Shown: positions 8,398-15,633 of the stretch, in pieces | Numbering within the stretch: the stretch's first letter is position 1 | How the letters are laid out: the number at the start of each line of letters is the position of its first letter | Origin: Baekduia sp. | Lineage (GTDB): Bacteria; Actinomycetota; Thermoleophilia; Solirubrobacterales; Solirubrobacteraceae | NCBI GenBank assembly: GCA_033855515.1 | Contig: JAWVGD010000087.1 | Coordinates: 1 to 35,605 of the forward strand | Direction: 5' to 3' | Length of the DNA: 35,605 nt | Translations under genes and position numbers: made by a program | Notes under the pieces: generated by a model | What the model was told of the DNA's origin: nothing | The model's database searches: none | What the model saw: the letters and a program-made list of their open reading frames with translations, nothing else

Positions 8398-9142
8398 GGG
8401 CCACCAGCTCCCGCAGGGCGTCGAGCTCGGTGTCGGTCGGCAGCTCGGTGACGCGCAGGTCGGGGGCGATGCGCAGCTCCCAGCCGGTGGCGTCCTGCAC
8501 CGCGCCGGGCTCGACGCCGGGATGGACCTGGACGAGCGTCAGCTCGCGCGTCTCGGGATCGGGCTCCAGGACGCCGAGGTCGGTGATGACCGCGACGGGG
8601 CCGGCACCGCGGAAGCCGAGCCGCTCGCGCGCGCCGGGCCCGTCGCCGTGGCCGACCGTCGTGCGGAAGTCGAGCTGCTCGACGAACGTGCGCGGCGTGT
8701 GCGGCGCGATGACGACCACGCGGTCGCAGCCGGCGGCGATCTCCGGCGCGCCGCCGGCCCCCGGCAGGCGCGTGCGCGGCGCGTCGTAGTCGCCGATGAC
8801 GGTGGAGTTGAGGTTCGCGTAGCGGTCGACCTGCGCCGCGCCGAGGAACGCCACGTCGATCCGGCCCGGCTGGATCCAGTAGTTGAACATCTCGACGACG
8901 GGCACGACGGCGTCGGCGGTGGCCGCCAGCTCGCCGTCGCCGATCGACAGCGGGACGCGCTGTGGCTTGGCGCCGATCGTCCCGGACTCGTAGACGAGCA
9001 CGAGGTCGGGGTTCACGACCGCCCGGGCGAGGATCGCCGCGGTGCTCGGCCGCCCGACGCCGATGAAGCACGACCTGGCGCCGGCCAGGGCGCGCGCGGC
9101 GACGACGGTCTGGATCTCCCCGGAGGTCGCGGCGGCGCTCAT
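8390..9142 (-). CDS. pcaJ: 3-oxoadipate CoA-transferase subunit B (GctB/CatJ type)
   Basis: CFIGVGRPS, LVYESGTIG, FLGAAQVDRYANLNST, RLPGAGGAPEIA, VITDLGV. ATG 9142 overlaps the pcaI stop (ATGA). Confidence 0.88.
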   Translation of the reverse strand: MSAAATSGEIQTVVAARALAGARSCFIGVGRPSTAAILARAVVNPDLVLVYESGTIGAKPQRVPLSIGDGELAATADAVVPVVEMFNYWIQPGRIDVAFLGAAQVDRYANLNSTVIGDYDAPRTRLPGAGGAPEIAAGCDRVVVIAPHTPRTFVEQLDFRTTVGHGDGPGARERLGFRGAGPVAVITDLGVLEPDPETRELTLVQVHPGVEPGAVQDATGWELRIAPDLRVTELPTDTELDALRELVARG

Positions 9143-9960
9143 GCGCCCGCCTTGGCACTGACGCGCAGGACGTGCTCCTCCATCCACGCGGTGAAGTCCT
9201 CACGCTTGCGGCTGATGACGTCCCACCGCTTGTAGAAGTCGTTGTCGCGCTCGGTGACCCCGTGGGCGTAGGACGGGAACGCGCCGCCGGGGGCGACCGA
9301 CACCGCGTCGATGACCCAGCCGGGGATGACGACCGCGCCGGGCCGCGGCACGAGCTCGTCGACGACGCGCTCGACGGTGACCAGCGAGCGTGAGGCGGCG
9401 AGCACCGCCTCCTTCTGCACGCCCGGGATGCCCCAGAGCTGGACGTTGCCGCGCCGGTCGGCCTCCTGGGCGTGGACGATCGTGACGTCGGGATTCAGCG
9501 CCGGGACGGCGGCGAGCTCCTCGCCGGTGAACGGGCAGGTGACCATGGCGACCTGCGTGTGCGCCGGCAGGTCGGTGCCCGCATAGCCGCGCAGGATCGC
9601 GAAGGGGAGGCTGGAGGCGCCGGCGGCGTAGCGGTTGGCCATGCCGGCGTGGCTGTGCTCCTCGAGCTCCAGCGGCGCCGGCCAGCCGTGCTCGACGGCG
9701 TCGCGGAAGCGGTGCAGCGATCCGACGCCGGGATTGCCGCCGTAGGAGAAGACGAGCTTGCGCGCGCAGCCCATGCCGATCAGCTGGTCGTACAGCAGGT
9801 CGGGCGTCATGCGGATCAGCTCGAGGTCGCGGCGGCCCTGGCGCAGGACCTCGTGGCCGGCCGCGAAGGGGATGAGGTGCGTGAACCCCTCCATCGCCAC
9901 GCGGTCGCCGTCGGCCACCAGGGTGGCGACGGCTTCGGGCAGCGCGACGATGTCAGCCAC
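9139..9960 (-). CDS. pcaI: 3-oxoadipate CoA-transferase subunit A (GctA/CatI type)
   Basis: VAMEGFTHLIPFAAGHE, RMTPDLLYDQLIG, GNPGVGSLHRFRDAVE, CPFTGE, HAQEADRRGNV. Confidence 0.9.
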   Translation of the reverse strand: MADIVALPEAVATLVADGDRVAMEGFTHLIPFAAGHEVLRQGRRDLELIRMTPDLLYDQLIGMGCARKLVFSYGGNPGVGSLHRFRDAVEHGWPAPLELEEHSHAGMANRYAAGASSLPFAILRGYAGTDLPAHTQVAMVTCPFTGEELAAVPALNPDVTIVHAQEADRRGNVQLWGIPGVQKEAVLAASRSLVTVERVVDELVPRPGAVVIPGWVIDAVSVAPGGAFPSYAHGVTERDNDFYKRWDVISRKREDFTAWMEEHVLRVSAKAGA

Positions 9961-9978
9961 CGGCGGCCGGTCCTCTCT

Positions 9979-10012
9979 GTGCGCTATGCGGACGATTGCT
10001 CACAGTGCGCAC
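9979..10012. promoter_or_regulatory. Tandem PcaR/IclR-type operator boxes in the divergent pcaI-pobA promoter
   Basis: GTGCGC-TAT-GCGGAC (9979-9993) and GCTCAC-AGT-GCGCAC (9998-10012), 4 bp apart; similar to the actinobacterial PcaR consensus GTTCGC-N3-GCGAAC. A -10-like TATATGCT follows at 10020-10027. Confidence 0.72.
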
Positions 10013-10072
10013 ACGACGGTATATGCTCGGCCCGGGCGACGCAACCGCCCAGATCGGGAGGAGACTGATCGC

Positions 10073-11242
10073 GTGCGGACGCAGGTCGGCATCATCGGCG
10101 CGGGACCGGCGGGACTCATGCTCGCGCAGTTGCTGCACCGCGAAGGCATCGAGTCGGTGGTCTTGGAGGCCCGCGACCGCGAGTACGTCCAGCAGCGCGT
10201 GCGCGCCGGCGTCCTGGAGCAGAACACCGTGGATCTGCTGCACGCGGCCGGTGTGTCCGAGCGCCTGGACCGCGAAGGCATCGTCCACCACGGGATCGAG
10301 CTGCGCTTCGACGGCGAGGGCCATCGCATCGCGATGAGCGACCTCACCGGCGGCCGCGCGATCTGGATCTACGGCCAGCAGGAGGTCGTCAAGGACCTCA
10401 TCGCGGCGCGCGAGGCGGCCGGGGCGCCGTTGCACGACGAGGTCCCCGACGTCGACGTGCACGACGTCGACGGCGAGCGCCCGCGGATCACCTACACCGA
10501 CGGCGGCGCGGCCCGGGAGCTCGAGTGCGACGTCATCGCCGGGTGCGACGGCTTCCACGGCATCTGCCGCCCCGCGATCGGCCGGGAGCGCCTGCGGATC
10601 GCCGAGCGCGAGTACCCGTTCGCGTGGCTCGGGATCCTGGCCGACGTGGCGCCGTCGACCGACGAGCTGATCTACGCCTATCACGAGCGCGGGTTCGCGA
10701 TGCACAGCCTGCGCTCCCCGACGCTCAGCCGCCTCTACCTGCAGGTCGACCCCGACGAGTCGATCGACGCGTGGCCCGACGACCGCATCTGGGAGGAGCT
10801 GCACCGCCGCCTGGCCGCCGACGGCTGGTCGCTGCGGGAAGGGCCGATCGTCGAGAAGGCGATCACGCCGATGCGGAGCTTCGTGGCCGCGCCCATGCGG
10901 CGCGGGCGCCTGTTCCTGGCCGGCGACGCGGCCCATATCGTGCCGCCGACCGGCGCGAAGGGGCTGAACCTCGCGATCAACGACGTGCGCGTGCTCGCCG
11001 AGGCCCTGACGGCCTGGTACGCGGACGGCAGCGCGACCGGGCTGGACGCCTACTCCGACACGTGCCTGCAGCGCGTGTGGCGCGTGCAGGACTTCTCCAC
11101 GTTCATGACCACGCTGCTGCACCGCGGGCCCGGCGACCCCTTCGACGACGGCCTGCAGCGCGCCCGGCTCCGGTACGTGACGTCGTCGGAGCCCGCGGCG
11201 CGCAGCCTGGCCGAGAACTACGTGGGCCTGCCCACGGCCTAG
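10073..11242 (+). CDS. pobA: 4-hydroxybenzoate 3-monooxygenase (p-hydroxybenzoate hydroxylase)
   Basis: GTG start after GGAGG; RTQVGIIGAGPAG, RVRAGVLEQ, YGQQEVVKDL, GCDGFHG, LAGDAAHIVPPTGAKGLNLA, LAENYVGLP. Confidence 0.97.
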   Translation: MRTQVGIIGAGPAGLMLAQLLHREGIESVVLEARDREYVQQRVRAGVLEQNTVDLLHAAGVSERLDREGIVHHGIELRFDGEGHRIAMSDLTGGRAIWIYGQQEVVKDLIAAREAAGAPLHDEVPDVDVHDVDGERPRITYTDGGAARELECDVIAGCDGFHGICRPAIGRERLRIAEREYPFAWLGILADVAPSTDELIYAYHERGFAMHSLRSPTLSRLYLQVDPDESIDAWPDDRIWEELHRRLAADGWSLREGPIVEKAITPMRSFVAAPMRRGRLFLAGDAAHIVPPTGAKGLNLAINDVRVLAEALTAWYADGSATGLDAYSDTCLQRVWRVQDFSTFMTTLLHRGPGDPFDDGLQRARLRYVTSSEPAARSLAENYVGLPTA

Positions 11243-11332
11243 TAGGAGCGTGGGTCTCTACTCGGCGCGGGTTCGGCCCGCTGGGGCCGACACCCGCAAG
11301 GGAACCCGGCCCCCTGGGCCGGCGTTCCCCTA
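11243..11332 (-). repeat. 90-bp twin-hairpin intergenic repeat, copy 2
   Basis: Reverse complement reads TAG GGGAAC-G-CCGGCCC-AGG-GGGCCGG-GTTCCC TT GCGGGT-G-TCGGCCC-CAGC-GGGCCGA-ACCCGC ...TAGAGACCCACGCTCCTA. It fills the whole gap between the pobA and ALDH stops. Confidence 0.9.
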
Positions 11333-12799
11333 GATCGGATAGTGGCGGCCGCCGTCCTGCACGGTCATCCAGCGCAGGTCGGTGAACTCGTCGAGCGCCG
11401 CGGTCCCGCCGAAGCGGCCCCAGCCGCTGGCCTTGACGCCGCCGAACGGCATCTGCGGCTCGTCGTGGACCGTCGCGCCGTTGACGTGGCACATGCCGCT
11501 CTCGATGCGGGACGCGACGGCGCTCGCCGCCTCGACGTCGGTGCCGAACACGGCCGCCGACAGGCCGTAGTCGGTGTCGTTGGCCACGCGGACGGCGTCG
11601 TCGGGCCCATCGACGGCGACGAGGGTGACGACGGGCCCGAAGGACTCCTCGGCGTAGATCCGCATCTCCGGCGTCACGCCCGCGAGCACGGTCGGGCTGA
11701 GCAGCAGTCCGTCGGCCTCGCCACCGGCCAGGACCTGCGCGCCCTTGGCGCGGGCATCATCGATCAGCGCGCCGATGCGCTGGGCCGCGCCGGCGTTGAC
11801 GACCGGGCCGATCTGGGTGTCGGGCTCGCGCGGATCGCCGACGGTGAGCGCCGCGGCGCGGGCGGCGAGGCGCGCGCCGAGGTCCTCGGCGACCGTGCGG
11901 TCGGCGACGATGCGCTCGGTCGACATGCAGATCTGGCCGGAGTTCATGAACGCCCCGAAGCTCGCGGCGGCCGCGGCCTCGTCCAGGTCGGCGTCGGCGA
12001 GGACGACGAAGGGCGCCTTGCCGCCGAGCTCCAGCAGCGTGGGCTTGAGCTGCTCGGCCGCCTTGGCGGCGATCTTCCGGCCCACGCCGGTGGAGCCCGT
12101 GAAGTTGATCCGGCGCACGGCCGGGTGGGCGATGAGGGCCTCCACGACGGCGGCCGCGTCGCCGGGCTCGTTGGTGATGAGGTTGATGACCCCGGCGGCC
12201 GCCCCCGCGTCGGCCAGCGCGCGAGCGACGGCCGCATGGGTGCGCGGGCACTCCTCGGAGGCCTTCAAGACCACCGTGTTGCCGAACGCCAGCGGCGTGG
12301 CGACCGCCCGCGTGGAGAGGATCACGGGCGCGTTCCAGGGCGCGATGCCGACGACGACGCCGGCCGGGCGGCGCACGCCCCGGGCCGTCAGCCCGGGCAC
12401 GGCGGAGGGGATCTCCTGGACCTCGTCGACCGCGGCGGTCACGCCGGCGGCGTGGTGCAGCATGCCGGCGGCCAGCGTGGCGTTGAACATGCCCCAGCCG
12501 AAGGTCGCGCCGATCTCGGCGGTCATGGTCGCGGCGATCTCCGGCGCGCGCTCGGCCAGCAGGTCGCCGGCGGCGTGCAGCAGGGCGCTGCGCTCCTCGG
12601 GGCTGGTGGCCGCCCACGCCGGGAACGCGGCCGCGGCGGCCGCGGCCGCGCGGTCGGCGTCGGCGGGTCCGGCGGCGGCGGCCTCGGTGACGGCCTCACC
12701 GGTGAAGGGGTCGGCCTTCTCGTAGGTGCGGCCGTCTCCGGCGGGAACCCATTCCCCGCCGATCAGCAGCGGCTGCTGTTCGACGCTCACGACGCTCAT
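11330..12799 (-). CDS. Aromatic aldehyde dehydrogenase (vanillin/salicylaldehyde dehydrogenase-like)
   Basis: GIAPWNAPVIL, LKASE, NFTGSTGVG, LELGGKAP, FMNSGQICMSTERI, EESFGPV, HVNGATVHDEPQMPFGGVKASGWGRFGG; C-terminal RHYPI typical of Vdh-like ALDHs. Confidence 0.9.
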   Translation of the reverse strand: MSVVSVEQQPLLIGGEWVPAGDGRTYEKADPFTGEAVTEAAAAGPADADRAAAAAAAAFPAWAATSPEERSALLHAAGDLLAERAPEIAATMTAEIGATFGWGMFNATLAAGMLHHAAGVTAAVDEVQEIPSAVPGLTARGVRRPAGVVVGIAPWNAPVILSTRAVATPLAFGNTVVLKASEECPRTHAAVARALADAGAAAGVINLITNEPGDAAAVVEALIAHPAVRRINFTGSTGVGRKIAAKAAEQLKPTLLELGGKAPFVVLADADLDEAAAAASFGAFMNSGQICMSTERIVADRTVAEDLGARLAARAAALTVGDPREPDTQIGPVVNAGAAQRIGALIDDARAKGAQVLAGGEADGLLLSPTVLAGVTPEMRIYAEESFGPVVTLVAVDGPDDAVRVANDTDYGLSAAVFGTDVEAASAVASRIESGMCHVNGATVHDEPQMPFGGVKASGWGRFGGTAALDEFTDLRWMTVQDGGRHYPI

Positions 12800-12857
12800 C
12801 TGCTCTCCTCAGGCAAAGGGGACGAGGGTCTTCCCCGGGACCGGGACGAGCCCTCGC

Positions 12858-12891
12858 GTGCGCATCGCGCACGGCGATACGCACAGCGAAC
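12858..12891. promoter_or_regulatory. Tandem PcaR/IclR-type operator boxes upstream of the ALDH
   Basis: GTGCGC-ATC-GCGCAC (12858-12872) and ATACGC-ACA-GCGAAC (12877-12891), 4 bp apart; same layout as 9979-10012. Confidence 0.72.
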
Positions 12892-12956
12892 AACCCTCCC
12901 ATGCGCTCTCGGGACGTGTCAAGGCGGCGCGGCGCCGACGTCAGCGCGCGTCACCG

Positions 12957-13709
12957 TCAGGCCGCGCCGGCGGCGCGCGCCTCGGCCACGATCGCCTCGG
13001 CACCGCCGGTCCAGGGCACGCCGTGGCCCACCAGGACGGTCCTGGCGCCCGTCTCCGCCAGCGCGCCGAGCGCCTCGAGGTTGCGGCGGCTGTCGACTGT
13101 CGCGGCGCGTGCCACGAGCCGCGGGCCCCGGCGGCCGGTGTAGGGGTCGAGCGTCACGACCGCGTCCCCGGCGATGACGACCTCGCGGTCGGGCAGGTGC
13201 AGGGCGCAGTGGCCGATCGTGTGGCCGGGCGTCGGCACCACGCGCGGCGCACCGGGGACCGGCAGCGGGCCCGCGGCGTCGCCGTAGCGGACGACCTCCT
13301 TGATGGGCGGCGGCCAGAACGCGCGGTTGCGCAGGAACGTCGCCACGATCGGCAGGGCGCGCGGCCTCGTGGCGATGTAGGTGGCACGCGGCCGCTCGTG
13401 GTCGTAGCGCCACGGATGCTGGGTGAGCGGGACGTCGTCGGTGTGGACGTAGACCGGGACGCCGAGCGTCGAGCGCGCCTTCTCGGCAAAGCCGACGTGG
13501 TCGAAGTGCGCATGGGTCAGCACGACCGCCCGGATGTCGTCCAGCCGCCGTCCGAGCTGGGCGAGCGCCCCCTGGAGGCTCTGCCACGACGCGGGCACGC
13601 AGGCGTCGACGACCGTCATCCCGCGGCCCTCGCCGTCCTCGACGAGATAGAAGTTCGTGTAGCAGTCCTCGATGCGGTGGATCCCGTCGGCGACGTTGGG
13701 CTGCAGCAT
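12957..13709 (-). CDS. Metallo-beta-lactamase-fold hydrolase
   Basis: THAHFDHVG (HxHxDH), TPGHTIGH, IAGDA, LVGHG; start at MLQPNVADG. Confidence 0.92.
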   Translation of the reverse strand: MLQPNVADGIHRIEDCYTNFYLVEDGEGRGMTVVDACVPASWQSLQGALAQLGRRLDDIRAVVLTHAHFDHVGFAEKARSTLGVPVYVHTDDVPLTQHPWRYDHERPRATYIATRPRALPIVATFLRNRAFWPPPIKEVVRYGDAAGPLPVPGAPRVVPTPGHTIGHCALHLPDREVVIAGDAVVTLDPYTGRRGPRLVARAATVDSRRNLEALGALAETGARTVLVGHGVPWTGGAEAIVAEARAAGAA

Positions 13710-13843
13710 GTCCCTGGCGGTCCCCGCCGCCGCGCGCAGCGCAAACGTGCCTGTTGCCGGTGTCCGGCGCGTACCCGCCGCGCGCGATGTCCTCCTCACC
13801 GAAAACGTACGAAACGCTTCGGCGCGTAGCGTGTGATGGCCAT

Positions 13844-14278
13844 ATGACCGAGCCCGCCGACGCCCGGAGCACCGTCTTGCACCTCGTCGCCGCCATGGAC
13901 CGCGGCGACGCCGACGCCTACTTCGACGGGCTCGCCCCCGACGTCACGTTCGTGCTCGGGCGCGAGGCCTCGCCGCTGCACTCGCGAGACGAATGCCGCG
14001 CGGCCTTCGAGCGCTGGACGGCGGAGGGGCTGCGCATCGAGGCGTGCCGCTCCTGGGATCTCGAGGTGCGAACCGCCGCCGACGGCACCGCCGTGGCGAC
14101 CCACGTCCTGAGCTTCCACGTGAGCGGCCTCGCCGCGCCGGTGCGCCGGCGCGAGACGCTCGTGCTGCGTCGCGACGGCGACGAGCGGTGGCATGTCGTC
14201 CACGCGCACCGCTCGCCGCATCCGTACGAGTGGGCCGGCGGCATGCGCTACGCCGGAGCCGGCGCCGGCGCCGGGTAG
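13844..14278 (+). CDS. SnoaL/NTF2-like (DUF4440-like) protein
   Basis: AAMDRGDADAYFDGLAPDVTF...RRETLVLRRDGDERWHVVHAHRS. Confidence 0.8.
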   Translation: MTEPADARSTVLHLVAAMDRGDADAYFDGLAPDVTFVLGREASPLHSRDECRAAFERWTAEGLRIEACRSWDLEVRTAADGTAVATHVLSFHVSGLAAPVRRRETLVLRRDGDERWHVVHAHRSPHPYEWAGGMRYAGAGAGAG

Positions 14279-14314
14279 CGCATGCCGCCGGCCCTCCGCG
14301 GGACCGCGCCGCGG

Positions 14315-14670
14315 TCAGTGGGCGTGGAAGCCCACCTTCAGCGCCGCGACCTCGTCGTCGGCTGCGGCGTTCATGGGCTTGTTGAGCGTCAGGAAGGTGG
14401 ACTTCAGTGAGCTCTTACTCGCGGATCGCGGTGAGGAGCTGCTTCTTGCCCGCGGTGCTGTTGGCGCTGGCCGTCTTGATCGGGACGATCGCGATCTTGT
14501 AGGCGTGCAGGCCGTTGCGGAAGGCCCGGCGGCGGACGCTGCGGCATTCGTGTCGCTCGCCGAGGCCAGGCTTGTCGGCCTCGCCGAAGGCCTTGGCCAG
14601 CGGCGCGACGCGCAACTCATAGCGCTTGACGGTCCTCTTGAGCCCGGCGTCGCCGGCCTGGGCCGTCCAA
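14315..14670 (-). pseudogene. Frameshifted, 5'-truncated relic of a helical Ala/Lys-rich hypothetical protein
   Basis: Protein-like segments alternate between two minus-strand frames: AQAGDAGLKRTVKRYELRVAPLAKAFGEAD / SLASASDTNAAASAAG / AFRNGLHAYKIAIVPIKTASANSTAGKKQLLTAIRE* / LKSTFLTLNKPMNAAADDEVAALK. No start codon or RBS is evident. Confidence 0.6.
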
Positions 14671-14690
14671 ACCTGAGCGGTCAGCCGGCC

Positions 14691-14733
14691 TGGACCAGTC
14701 AGATACCGATCGGTATGCTGACACGGTGTCAGC
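14691..14733 (+). promoter_or_regulatory. Housekeeping-type promoter overlapped by two palindromic operators, upstream of SDR-P450
   Basis: TGGACC-N17-TATGCT (14691-14719); perfect palindrome ATACCGATCGGTAT (14703-14716); GCTGACAC-G-GTGTCAGC (14717-14733). Confidence 0.65.
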
Positions 14734-14796
14734 CCGCCGCCGTGGTGGCGGCGCCCCCGACCGCCCGTCCGCACCGCCAGGAGATCGCGACCCAGC

Positions 14797-15621
14797 ATGA
14801 CCACCATCAACGGCCGCACCGCGGTCATCACGGGCGCCGGCTCGGGGATCGGCCGCGCGGTCGCCCAGCGCCTGGCCGCCCACGGCTGCCCGGTCGCGCT
14901 GGCCGACTGGGACGACGACGGGGTGCAGGAGACGGCGGCGGGCATCGCCGGACCCGTGCTGACCCGCAAGCTCGACGTCCGCGACCGGCAGGGGCAGATG
15001 GCCTTCGCCGCCGATGTCGCCGAGTGGGCGCCCGCCCCGCTGGGGCTGGTGTTCAACAACGCCGGCGTCACCGTCCTGCAGGGCGTCGCCGACGCGGCGC
15101 CCGAGGACGACCAGTGGGTCTTCGACGTGAACTTCCACGGGGTCGTCAACGGCGTCACGGCGTTCCTGCCGCTCCTCCTGAAGCAGCGCTCCGGGGCGGT
15201 CGTCAACACGTCGAGCGTCTTCGGGCTGGTCGGCTTCCCGCATCAGAGCGCCTACTGCGCGTCGAAGTTCGCGGTGCGCGGCTACACCGAGGCGCTGCGC
15301 CAGGAGCTGCGCGGCACCGGCGTGCGCGCCGCCACGGTCCATCCGGGCGGCGTCAAGACGAACATCGTGGCCAACGCCCGGTTCCGCTCCGACCACCAGG
15401 GCCGCCACAGCGACGTGCACTCGGCCGCCGCGGACTTCGCGACGATCGCGCGCACGACGCCCGAGCGTGCCGCCGAGATCATCCACGAGGGGATCGAGAA
15501 GGACCGCCCGCGCATCCGCGTCGGCCCCGACGCGATCCTGCTCGACCTCCTGGCGCGCTTTGCGCCCAACCGCTACTACGACATCATCGAGCGCCTCGAC
15601 GCCCTGCGGCGTCGCCGCTAG
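14797..15621 (+). CDS. Short-chain dehydrogenase/reductase
   Basis: TGAGSGIG, FNNAG, NTSSVFG, catalytic YCASK, VHPGGVKT. Confidence 0.95.
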   Translation: MTTINGRTAVITGAGSGIGRAVAQRLAAHGCPVALADWDDDGVQETAAGIAGPVLTRKLDVRDRQGQMAFAADVAEWAPAPLGLVFNNAGVTVLQGVADAAPEDDQWVFDVNFHGVVNGVTAFLPLLLKQRSGAVVNTSSVFGLVGFPHQSAYCASKFAVRGYTEALRQELRGTGVRAATVHPGGVKTNIVANARFRSDHQGRHSDVHSAAADFATIARTTPERAAEIIHEGIEKDRPRIRVGPDAILLDLLARFAPNRYYDIIERLDALRRRR

Positions 15622-15633
15622 AGGGAGACGACC

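Noticed and set aside
12823-12856. Hairpin CGAGGG...CCCTCG in the ALDH 5' region as a riboswitch
   Set aside because: It is a single GC-rich stem with no recognisable aptamer motif or expression platform.
13710-13843. Possible SigB/SigF-type promoter (GTTT-N17-GGGGAC) and GAAACG repeats between the MBL and SnoaL genes
   Set aside because: The match is too degenerate to call without TSS data.
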